From positions 34,114 to 98,113 of the IMG/VR virus record IMGVR_UViG_3300042393_000544: a DNA stretch of 64,000 nt, one strand, 5' to 3'. Under the pieces are notes generated by a model. It made no database searches. It was given only the letters and a program-made list of their open reading frames with translations, and had not been told where the DNA came from. Below, piece after piece: positions 29,497 to 40,900 of the stretch (position 1 is its first letter; every line of letters starts with the position of its first letter). Position numbers and translations under genes: made by a program. This DNA comes from a virus. Lineage: Duplodnaviria; Caudoviricetes.

Positions 29497-31967
29497 GATA
29501 TAACCATTTTGACATGCTGCCTGATCGGGCTTTTCTTAAAGTCGGTGGACGAATTAAACCTCAAGGTGGCGGCAGCGGTGGTTCGCCAAGCAGCACGACA
29601 GTAACAAACACTAATATTCCCGAATATGCTCAACCATATGTCGGCAATATGATGAATGCTGCACAGGCGCAAATTTACAATAAGGATATGACGGGGTTTA
29701 ATAAATACACCCCTTACAGCACAGATCCAACAAATTATGTAGCCGGATTTAGCCCTTTACAACAGCAAGGATTTTCTTCTCTTGCCAATATGGACATTGC
29801 CCCGCAGATTGCGATGGGTACAGATTGGGCTAATAAAGGCGCACAAGGGGGTATAGAGTCGGCTCCTGTAGCTTACAACTATGGCGCTCAAGGTTCGCAG
29901 GCTGGACAACAAGGTCTAGGTATTGGTGTTTCGGGTGGGCTTGAGTATGGCGGTAGGGCAACTGATCTAGCAGGCGCTAACATTGGTATTGGTGCGGCTG
30001 GCATGGGTGCAGGAATGGGTTATGGGCAGGCTGCTCAGAATCCATACGCCGTTCAACGTTACATGAACCCATATTTACAAGCGTCTTTGCAACCTCAACT
30101 TGCAGAAATGAGTCGCCAGTACGGTATTTCAGGTACACAACAGCAGAGCAATGCAACTAAAGCTGGAGCTTTTGGTGGAAGCCGTGAAGCGTTAATGGCA
30201 TCTGAAAATCAACGCAACAAAAATATTGCGATGAACCAAGCGATTGGTCAGGGCTATAACAACGCTTACGATGTTGCCAACAAAAATATGCAGGCTGGCG
30301 CTTCCCTTGGTATGCAGGGGGCGCAGTCTGGTCTTGCTGGTTTACAAGGTGCAAACCAAAGTTACGCTACTGGACTGCAAGGTGTTAATACAGCATTAGC
30401 TGGAACTGCTCAAGGTATGCAAGGCGCACAAACTGGATTACAAGGTGTTGCTGGAGCGCAAGCAGGGTATGGTCTTAGTATTCAAGGTGCTAATGCGCTT
30501 AATGCACTGGCTAATACTCAATACAACCAAGAAATGGGTATTGCTCAAGCCCAAATGGGTGCTGGCGCTCAACAGCAAGGGCAACAACAGAACATTATTA
30601 ACCAAGCTGTTCAAAACTACGCAACAGAACAACAGTATCCATACATGCAGTTGGGTCAGCTCAATGCAATGTTGCGGGGATTGCCAATGCAGCAGTCTAC
30701 TACGCAGATGTATCAAGCGCCGCCAAGTACGATTTCACAATTAGGTGGAGCAGGTATCGCTGGACTGGGTGCAACGGCAATGTATAACGCAGCAACCAAA
30801 GCTGAAGGCGGCGTAATTAAAATGGCTTCGGGCGGCTCCGCTATTCCAATGCGTAGAATGAGTGAACAGCAATTAAAACAAGTTCAACAAAGCCCAGCAT
30901 CTAGCCCATTGGCAAAGATTAACGCTGTAGGGTTAGAGCAGTTGCATGGCTATATGAAAAACAATCCACAAGCTGCTCAGATGTTTCAACAGGCTCCACC
31001 AGTTCCTGAACCCGTCAACGCTCGTTCAGGCGTGGCGGCTATTGGCACAGGCGACATGACGCAAATGGCAGGTGGTGGGATTATTGCGTTTGCTGAACCA
31101 ACCGCAGAAAACAATAACGGTTTGGTAACTAGTAAAGAAGACGCTATTCCTCGCACTAAAGATGGTGAAATAGATTATGGTACTTATCTTGCTACTAGGT
31201 TAGCAGCGCAAGACTCTGGAAAGAACTCTGTTGCTACAGCCTATAAGCCATTGGCAGAAACCCAAGCAGCGGATATTAAACAGCAAAGAGCCATGTTATT
31301 GCCTGAACTGGCAACACGATTTGGTCTTGGTTTAATGAGTTCGCCGGGTGGTCGAGGTGGTTCTGTATTAAATAGAACCCTTCAAGACGTAGGCGCTTCA
31401 GGATTGGGTACACTTCAAGATATGTCGGGTAAACTTAAAGACATTGAAGCGGCTAAGAAAACTATGCAACAAGGTACGATTGAAGCTACCAAAGCCGATC
31501 AAGCCCGTAGAGATTCTACGACAAATACTATTGCTCAAGTGTTTGGAACAATCGAAGCCAAGAAGATCGGTCTTGCTCAAGCGGCGGCTACTCGTGCTGC
31601 TGGACTTGATGCCAAAGAAGCTGCATTACTAAATGCTGCATCTTCACAATATATGACTTCGGTAGAGCGTGTATTTAAAGATTTGGCAACACAGCAAAAG
31701 AATGCCATGTTGTTTGAAAACGAACCAGAAAAACTGTGGGCGTTGGCTCGTCGCCAAGTATATGAGGCAATGCCTGAAGTCACTCGTAAGTTGCTTAACC
31801 TGCAAACTCCGGTCGCTGCTCCACCAGTTGCACAGGCTACACCTCCAGTCGTTACGCCGCCAACACCACAGAGAACCAATCCTGCAATGCCAGCAGTGCC
31901 GCAAGGACAGTTTAGATGGGATCCTGCTGCAAATGGCGGCAAGGGTGCAATGGTTCCAATCAAATAA
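29493..31967 (+). CDS. DNA ejection / pilot protein
   Basis: Q/G/A-rich helical; YMNPY, AGAFGGSR; xxGG motifs KAEGG, MASGG, MAGGG. Confidence 0.7.
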   Translation: MRYNHFDMLPDRAFLKVGGRIKPQGGGSGGSPSSTTVTNTNIPEYAQPYVGNMMNAAQAQIYNKDMTGFNKYTPYSTDPTNYVAGFSPLQQQGFSSLANMDIAPQIAMGTDWANKGAQGGIESAPVAYNYGAQGSQAGQQGLGIGVSGGLEYGGRATDLAGANIGIGAAGMGAGMGYGQAAQNPYAVQRYMNPYLQASLQPQLAEMSRQYGISGTQQQSNATKAGAFGGSREALMASENQRNKNIAMNQAIGQGYNNAYDVANKNMQAGASLGMQGAQSGLAGLQGANQSYATGLQGVNTALAGTAQGMQGAQTGLQGVAGAQAGYGLSIQGANALNALANTQYNQEMGIAQAQMGAGAQQQGQQQNIINQAVQNYATEQQYPYMQLGQLNAMLRGLPMQQSTTQMYQAPPSTISQLGGAGIAGLGATAMYNAATKAEGGVIKMASGGSAIPMRRMSEQQLKQVQQSPASSPLAKINAVGLEQLHGYMKNNPQAAQMFQQAPPVPEPVNARSGVAAIGTGDMTQMAGGGIIAFAEPTAENNNGLVTSKEDAIPRTKDGEIDYGTYLATRLAAQDSGKNSVATAYKPLAETQAADIKQQRAMLLPELATRFGLGLMSSPGGRGGSVLNRTLQDVGASGLGTLQDMSGKLKDIEAAKKTMQQGTIEATKADQARRDSTTNTIAQVFGTIEAKKIGLAQAAATRAAGLDAKEAALLNAASSQYMTSVERVFKDLATQQKNAMLFENEPEKLWALARRQVYEAMPEVTRKLLNLQTPVAAPPVAQATPPVVTPPTPQRTNPAMPAVPQGQFRWDPAANGGKGAMVPIK

Positions 31968-31979
31968 AGTAGAAAAAAT

Positions 31980-34900
31980 ATGCCTTCAGTCAATATTCCA
32001 TACGTTGGTGTAGTTGAGTTTCCTGACACCATGTCTTCTGAAGACATATCTAATGTCATCAAAACTCAAATCATTCCCAATGCTCCTCGTCCGGATGCGT
32101 TAACAGCACCTCCATCGACAGGTGCGGCTGATACAGTTCAAAGAACTTTATACAACACCATCAATGCAATTCCCTTTGTCGGGCAAGATTTGGCTGAGAG
32201 GGTTGCTGGGAAACCAATGGTTGCCGCTGGTTCGGCAGGCAAAGGTCTCATGGCATTAGGAAATGTACTAAATGAATCTAGGTTAAGCACAGCGCTTGAA
32301 ATGTACGAAGCGCGTAAAGGTAAGTATGGTCAAGATTACGAATTAGCTACGCCAGAACAAAAGATTGATTTTGCAGATGCTGATAAAAAACTTAACCAGT
32401 ATCTTACTGAAAATGAAGCTCACAAAGCAGATTTAAAAGCTATTGAAGCAAAGTACGGCAAAGATCCATTAGCTAAAAGAGTTGATTCTTTAGAAGAAAC
32501 TCCAGAATTCAAAAAAGCAACTGGCTTGCAACAAGCAGGGATGATTGGGAAAGAATTAGTCAAAAATCTTGACGAATTCCCTGAGTATGTAATGAACTTA
32601 GGTTTGGGCAGCCTGCCTCAATCTATTGCTTATGCGCTTGCTGCTAGATTTGGCATGGCGTACGGTACAAGAGGTGCAATGGTTGCAGGTGGCGGTACGT
32701 CTGCAATGATGGAATTTGGTCATCAATATGTTGAATTAAGAGAGCAAGGCTTTGACCATGAGCAAGCTAATAACAAAGCGGTGGTTAAGTCAGGCGTTAT
32801 TGGTGCGTTCGATGCGTTGTCTCTTAAATCTGCCGGTAAGTTAGCTGAACAATTATTTAATAACACTGCTAAGAAAGCATGGAAAGAAACGGTTAAAGAG
32901 GTTGGTAAAGAGCTGCCCAAGCAAATGGCGTATGGCGCTGCTGGCGAGGGTTTTGGTTCTTACCTAAGCAATCAACCAGTTAATCCTCGTGCGATTATTG
33001 AAGAAGCGCTGGGTGAGACGGTTAGCCTTCCTGCTGAAGTGGCAGCTACTTATAAGGGCAAGCGAGAAGAGATCGCCAACGCCCCTCCACCTCCTGCCGC
33101 TGGAGTACCTCCTGCGACCCCGCCTCCTGCTACCAACACTAGCGGCTTAGTCGATCCAAACGATTTAGAAACGGCTGCTGATCCTGTACTTACTAGGCTT
33201 CAGGCTTTGCTTGATAAAGCCACGACTACAGGAAAACCCCCATCTGCGCGGGAGGTGAATCTACTTGCAAAAGAATTAAACATTACGCCAGATAAAGATC
33301 CGTTAAAAACTATTGACTCCATAGTCAAGAATATTTTCCCAACAGTTCCAAATGGTGTTTTGAATCAAACACCAGAAAGTCCAATTGTTGCCACGACAAC
33401 AACCACTGTTGACGGTAAAGACAGCGTAAAGACCACAAGAGAAGACGGTAGTGTCGAGATTGATGGTGTATTAGTTACGCCTCCTAAGACTCCTAAAGCA
33501 CCTGAGTCCACTACTGCACCCGATCCTATGTATCAAGATGCTGTGGACTTGGTTAATAAAAATAACCGTGCGTCTATTTCTCTTGTTCAGCGCCATTTTA
33601 AAATTGGCTATAACCGTGCGGCACGTTTGCTAGAGCAAATGGAGAAAGATGGCATTGTCTCTGCTGTAAACGAAAAAGGTTATCGTGATCTTATTGCCAA
33701 AACAGAGCCAATAGAGACCACCACCGAAACCACTACCGAGACCCCTGCTGAGACTACGACTGAAACGCCTGTTGAGACTACTGTTGAATCCACGCCAGTG
33801 TCTTTTGCTGACTTGCCGCAGACTTCAAAAGATTTTATTGTTGACGAAGCAAGGAAGCTATACCAATCACGGGAAATTGTTTTACCCGTTGAACAGTCTT
33901 GGGATAACCTGCCTAATTGGAAGCGTGAGTTATTTGCCGAACGTGCTTACAGTGGTGGACAAGACTTTGTTAATGATCGGGATCAAGTAGCAAAAACTCT
34001 GAGGGAAGTTGCTAACCTTGAAAAGAACCCTGCTGCTGAAGTAGAAACACCAGTTGAAGAAGTAAAGCCAACAGAAAGAGAGCAGGCTATTACTCCATTG
34101 GATATGGGTAATAACACTGAGTATCGTGTTGTAAAAAATGACAAAGGCTGGGCTGCTGTTCTATTTGATAAAGAAAGTGATAACGTTGTAGGTGTAACGG
34201 TATGGCCTTTTGATAAATTTGGCGAAGAGGGAAGCAAACAAAGCGCAATTGATTATGCCAAGGCGCAACAGGAAAAGATTAAGGCTTCTCTTGAACCTAC
34301 TGAAGAAATATCTGAAGAAGACCAAGCTGATTTACAAGCTGAATTAGATGCTGAAATGACGGGTACGCCTGTCAAGACACCGGCTCAAATTAACCAAGAG
34401 CGCCAAGCTGCACAGAAGGCTGCTGCGGAAAAACCTGCGGCTCCTGAGCCTACACCTGAAACGCCTCCTGCCGAGAAAAAGACTCAGGCTGAGATAAATC
34501 AAGAACGTCAAGCAACGCAGAAAGCCACAACCCCTGCCAAGCCGGTTGTATCTGCAAACAAAGTATTTACTGAAGACGCTGCCGAGAAAGCTCGTGCGTT
34601 ACTCAAGAAAAAACTTGGTCAATTAAACAGCGGTATTGATCCTGAAGTCTTACAGGCAGGTATTACATTAGCCGGTTATCACGTTGAGAAGGGTGCTAGA
34701 ACCTTTTCGGCGTATGCAAAAGCCATGCTTGGAGACATGGGTGAGATGGTTCGACCATACCTTAAATCTTGGTACATGGCGCTGAAGTTTGATCCACGTT
34801 CTGAAGATTTCTCTAAAGACATGGATGCTGCTGACGCTGTTGAAAAGGCAGACGTTAAGTCATTCAAGGCAGAAGAAGCCGAAGAATTGCCAAAGCCAAA

Positions 34901-37900
34901 AATTACATTGGGCATAAATCTTCTTACCCCAGATGGTAAGTTTATTATTGCCGAAGCGATTGCCAATCACTTTATTGAAGGTAAAGGATTTAAAGACATT
35001 AACGAAGCTCGTCGGTTTATTGCCGACATGGCTGGCACCAAGATTGAGGCAGGCACACAGTCTGCTAAAGAAGCAGATGAAGCCGTAGAAGTCGGTGTTG
35101 TACTGGCTGCTCGTGATATTGCTCAAAACACTAAATCACCTCAAGAGGCTTACGACAAGTTAGTTAGCTTATATAACCGTCAGCCTAACCTTGCCGTTCG
35201 TTCTTCAACCAGTATCCGAGATCAGGCTTACTCTACCCCTGCCCCTCTGGCGTATGTTGCATCTAAATTAGCAGGGATTGACGCAAACACCACTGTCTAC
35301 GAACCAACTGCCGGTAATGGAATGCTTTTGATAGATTCTCACCTTAACAATGTTAAGGTGACCGAATTGAACTCAAGCCGTTATGAAATGCTCAAGCGAG
35401 TATTGAAAGGTGCAAAGGTTGAGAACAGGAACGCTCTAGACTACAAGCCTAGCTTAGTCGATGTAGTCATTGAGAACCCTCCGTTCGGCGCTCTTGGGCG
35501 AACTTACGAAAGCACTAACGGTGTTAAGACCAATCAAGTTGACCATGCAATTGTCTTGCATTCTTTAGGCAGCATGAAAGAGGATGGTAAGGCGGTCTTA
35601 ATCATTGGTGGCAGTCTTGCCGATACCGAGGAAGGGCGGCGTGAAGACTATCGTGGCAATCAGAAACGTAACTTCTTTTACAACCTGTATAAAGACTACA
35701 ACGTAGTTGACCACTTTACCGTGGCTGGCAGTATGTATTCTAAACAGGGTGCTAGTTATCCTGTTGATGTAATCGTCATTCATGGCAAAGGTCAATCACA
35801 ACGAGCATTACCCGCCGCTGAATTGCCAGAGCAGATCAAATCATATCTAGAACTTAAAGGAAAATTAAATGAACCTAGCATGGTATCCAGAGAAAATGGC
35901 GTGTCCACCGGAACTGACAGTGGTAAGTCTGCCGCAGGGGACGGTAAATTACAAACAGTGGCTGGAGGGGCTGGAAGACCGAGTGGTGAAACTGGCGTAC
36001 AAGGAAAAAAACCCACAACAGGCAGCGGAAGCGGCGTGTCGAAGAATGTCACTGGCGATGGTGGACAGCCCAAATCAACTGGGACAAGTGTTGGTACTGG
36101 ACAACCTGAACTTGATAACAAATCTAAACGTAACGATAATCGAGTCACCGTTTCCGACACAACTGAAACACAGCAACCCAGTAGCGGAAAAAGCGTTACA
36201 GGAAACGAGCCTAGCGGAGTGGGTGGAACTAGCGTTAGCACAGGTAAGCGTGTCGAGTCTGGATTAAAAGACCGTAGGGGACAAGAGACTGAGACGAGTC
36301 ATCAAGTTACTTATGAGCCACATTCTCAAGCACCTTCAGTTGGAACGTTGGTTCCTCGCGCAATGGCAGAGTCAATTGATAACTCAATCTCTGCTGTAGA
36401 AAATGAAGTAGGCGATGTAGATGAATATGTCGCAGCAGCGCTCAACATGGATGCCGAAGCATTAAAAGCAAACTTTTCAGCAGAACAAGTTGATGCTTTA
36501 GTGTTGGCTATTCGTAATGCCGAGGCTGGAAAAGGTTTCATCATTGGCGATCAAACCGGAGTTGGTAAAGGTCGCGTTGTCGCTGCAATGATTAAGTACG
36601 CAATTGAGAATGGCAAAGTGCCTATCTTTGTCACGGAGAAACCAAACCTTTACCCCGATATGATCCGTGACTTGGATGATATTGGTATGGGTGACGAGTT
36701 AGGTCTTGATACTGCCAAGCCAAAAATCTTAATTACTAACGGTGGAGAATCAGTTCCTTATACCTTAATTCGTGACGGGGAAAAAGGCACAAAAGTAGAA
36801 TTGTCTTTAAAACTTAAAGCACCTAAATCTGGCAAAGATTTAGATAACTTGTTTAAAGGGATGATTGAAAAAGAAAGCATCGGCGATTACAAAGTAATAT
36901 TTACAACGTACGCCCAACTTCAAACCGTTAGAGGAAAAGCAACAGAACGTCAAAGATTTATTCGTCAATTTGGCGCAGGCAACTACATGATCTTTGACGA
37001 AAGCCATAACGCAGGTGGAGCTGGGGCAAAACCGAATAAAGCTCGCAGCTCTGAACAGCGAGAAGCTGAAGGTGAATCAGAACAAACCGGACGAGCAGGT
37101 TTTGTTCGTACCCTAGTAAACGCCGCCTTTGGTACATTCTTTTCGTCGGCAACCTACGCCAAGCGACCAGATGTGATGGACTTATATTCCAGCACGGACA
37201 TGAAACTGGCAGTCGATAAGATTAGTGAATTAGCGGATGCCATTAAGAACGGCGGCATCCCAATGCAGCAGATTGTTGCCAATATGTTGACCAAGGTTGG
37301 GCAATACATTCGTAGGGAGCGCACGTTTGCGGGGGTAAGTTACCAAACGCAAGAGACTAAAGTCGATAAGCAAACTGCCGAAAACATGGCAACGTCGATG
37401 CGTGACATTTTGGCGTTCTCTCGCGCCAAAGAAAAAGTTGTCAAGGAAATGCAATCAGAACTTGATAAAGAGGGGAAAAGAGCTGGTTCAGAAGGCGAGA
37501 AAACACAAATCCAAAGCGCAAACTTTGGTGGCACTATGCATAGTTTGATTTCTCAGATGCTTTTATCTTTAAAGGCACAAGATTCAATTAGACATGCAAT
37601 TGAAAGTCTCAAGAATGATGAAAAGGTTGTATTAACTGTTTCAAATACAATGGGTTCATTTTTACATGACTATGCATTAGAGAATGAAATTAACGTAGGT
37701 GATCCTGTTGATCTGTCATTTAAAGATTTGTACATTCGTTATTTAGAAAAGCAACGCACAATTAAAATTAAACCACCAAGTGGTGATGCGGTTAAATATC
37801 GTTTAACAGACGATGACCTTGGTCCGGTATTGACCGCGCAATACAACAGAATTAAAAACTTCATTGATACCGCTGGGTTTGGTGCTGCTCCTGTTTCCCC

Positions 37901-40900
37901 AATTGACTATATGCACAATGAGTTGCGTAAGGCAGGGTATAAGACAGAAGAAGTCACGGGAAGGATTGCAACGCTAAATTATGAAAGCGGCATTCCTATT
38001 TTGACTTCACGTATATCCAATATTAACCAACGTGTAAACGCTGTTAGTGCATTTAATAGGGGGCAAAAGAATGGTGGCGTAGATGTCATCATCTTAAATC
38101 AAGCCGGTTCAACAGGCATATCGCTTCATGCGTCTGAAAAATTTAAAGACACACGCAAGCGTCATATGATTATCGTACAGGCTGAAATTAACATTGATAC
38201 CCATATGCAGATGTTGGGTCGCGTTCATCGTACTGGTCAAGTGCAGCCTCCTGCTTATTCTCAAATGATGGCAGATATTCCTGCCGAAATGAGACCGGCG
38301 GCGGTGTTGCTCAAGAAAATGGCATCACTTAATGCGAACACCACAGCTTCGCGTAAGTCTGCTGTAACCGCAGAAGGTGCTGTTGACTTTATGAATGACT
38401 ACGGTGGACAAGTTGCTCAAGAGTATTTGCGTGACAACCCTGAAGTCCTTGAAGCACTTGGCGGCAAGATAGTTGTTGAATTGACGGATGATCCTGCTGA
38501 TGGTGACGAACAAGACATTCGTAAATTGACAGGATATATCCCTATTCTTCCTATTAGTGAGCAGGAAGAAATCTATAAAGACTTGATTGATCGTTACAAC
38601 GATTTAATCGAACGTGAAAACAGCATGGGGTCTAATAAACTTGAGGCCAAAGCGGCAGACCTTGATGCTGAGACTTTATCTTCTGAGCCTATCACTCCAG
38701 ATCGGGGTGATCCGTCTTTGTTTGCTCAACCAGCATACATGGAAAGGGTAGACGTTAAACGCACCGTTAAACCTTTTTCTAAACAAGAAGTTATTGATCT
38801 GACTAAGAAAAACCTTGACGGTAAAACTGCTCAAGAAAAAAACACGGCATTGTTTTCAGGTTTACAGGAAAGAGTTTCCGAGTACACCTATAAGCAAATT
38901 GAAAACTTAAAAGAGAAAGAAGCCGATCCAGTTCGCATCGAAGCGGCTAAAGGACAGATCGGTCTTCAGCTTCAACACGTTAAGACAATCCTAAGTAACT
39001 ACCGTATAGGCACTCCTGTTTCGGTTAAGAATAACCAAGGCGTATTTCTTTACGGCGTTGTAACTGACTTAGAGCAGAAAAACAAAACAAACAATCCTGT
39101 CGCCGGTTCTGACTGGAAGATGCAGATTGCCTTGGCTAACGGGGATGCAAAGTCAATCACAATTAACTTTTCTCAGATTGGTAGCACTTATCAGCTCAAA
39201 GCAGAAAGCTATATCGAATGGTACAACCCTGAAACACAAAAGGGCGAGAACATTCAGTTAGCAGACCTTTTTGATAAAGGCGCAAATGTTCGGCGTGAGA
39301 AACGTTGGATGGTGACTGGCAACATCTTGGCAGGGTTTGCGTCTCCTACCGTGGGCAACTTAGGTCAGATCATGTCGTATACCAAGAGCGATGGTACGAC
39401 TGGTCAAGGCGTTCTAATGCCACGCACGTATGACTTTGAAAAGTCCAAGAAGGATGCGCCAATCCGTTTGACCAAGGCATCTGATGCATTGCGATTTATG
39501 GATGAAGTTGGCGGCGTAGTGACCTCTGCGGACAACGTGTTACGCATTGTCAAAAGCGGTAGGAATTATTTGTTCAGTGTTCCATCTTCAAAAAAGGAAG
39601 GCGGAACTTACCATCAAGATCAGAAATTGACCACTCTGCTGCGTAACGATTTCTACAAAACTGGCAGCATAATGACTGCTAGGGTTTACGATTCGGCAAC
39701 GGCAGAACAAGCGATTGAATATATCTTGAATGATCGTGGCGATACGTTGATTGCTGCGAATCCTAAAGAGAAAGCTCGTGAGATGTTTGCCCCCCCTAAA
39801 GCGACTGTTACGCCAAGCGTAGTGGTCTCTCAGGAAATGAAGGATCGTATTGCCGCAGTTCACAAAGAGAAAGTTGCAGAACACGCTGCCGTTCGTCGCA
39901 ACATTTCCAAGCTGCAAAGAGCGGTGGTCAAGGGTCAGGTCAGCATCGATGTGCAGCGCCAGCTAACCGAGCTTAACCAGTTGGCAAAAGAGTTAACGGA
40001 AGAAAAGAAAGCTACGGCAGAGCGCAAAGACACGCCAGAGAATTTCTTAAACCGAGCTTTGACTGAGTTCAATAAAGGCAACATTAGCAAAGATGTACTG
40101 GACGTTATTCAGTACGTCTATAACCAATCCCCGTCTTTGCTGAATGGTCTTAAACTGTCCGTCACCAAAGGTGGCAAAGAAGCATATAACGCAGCCGGTG
40201 TATTTGATGCTCTGAACAAAATCGTGCGGCTCTACAAAGAGTCCGGTGCGGTTAACGCAGGTACGATTCGCCATGAGTTGATGCACAGTCTTGAGCAGTT
40301 GATGGATCCACAGACCCGTCAGGCTTTGGTCGAGGCATGGAGAGCCAGCCTAGAGAAAGCGATTAGGAAGAACACTGACTCAATTTCTCAGCGTTACTTC
40401 AGTGCGGTTCTTGATTACGTGAACAATCCTACCGAGGCAAACTTTGCTGCGGCAATGGACGTTCTGCCTTCTCAGGATATGTACCAATTCATTAACCCAT
40501 CAGAGTATTGGGCGGTCAATGCCGAGCCTATGTTGGCGGCAAAGATGGGTAATCCTTGGAAGCGTTTTGTCCAGGCTATTAAGCAAGTCATGGAAGGGAT
40601 GAAGAAGATCTTTGGCTTTGATAACCGCTACACGGTTTACAAGACTTTTAATGATTTGATTAAAGGTGAGAAGCCTAGAACGCACAATCAGATGTTGGTC
40701 GATATGATTGGCTCTATGCCACAGAAGACTCAATTTCTGTATGACGTTAAAGACACGGATGACCTGTTAGCCAAACACGCACGAAACGATGCACCTATCC
40801 ATACGTCTAATACGAATATGGATAAGCTCTTGGGTGGCGCTCAAGAAGCCAAGAACATTGCAGCCAAGGCGGTTAAGTCCCCTGTTCTTACGACTAACAA

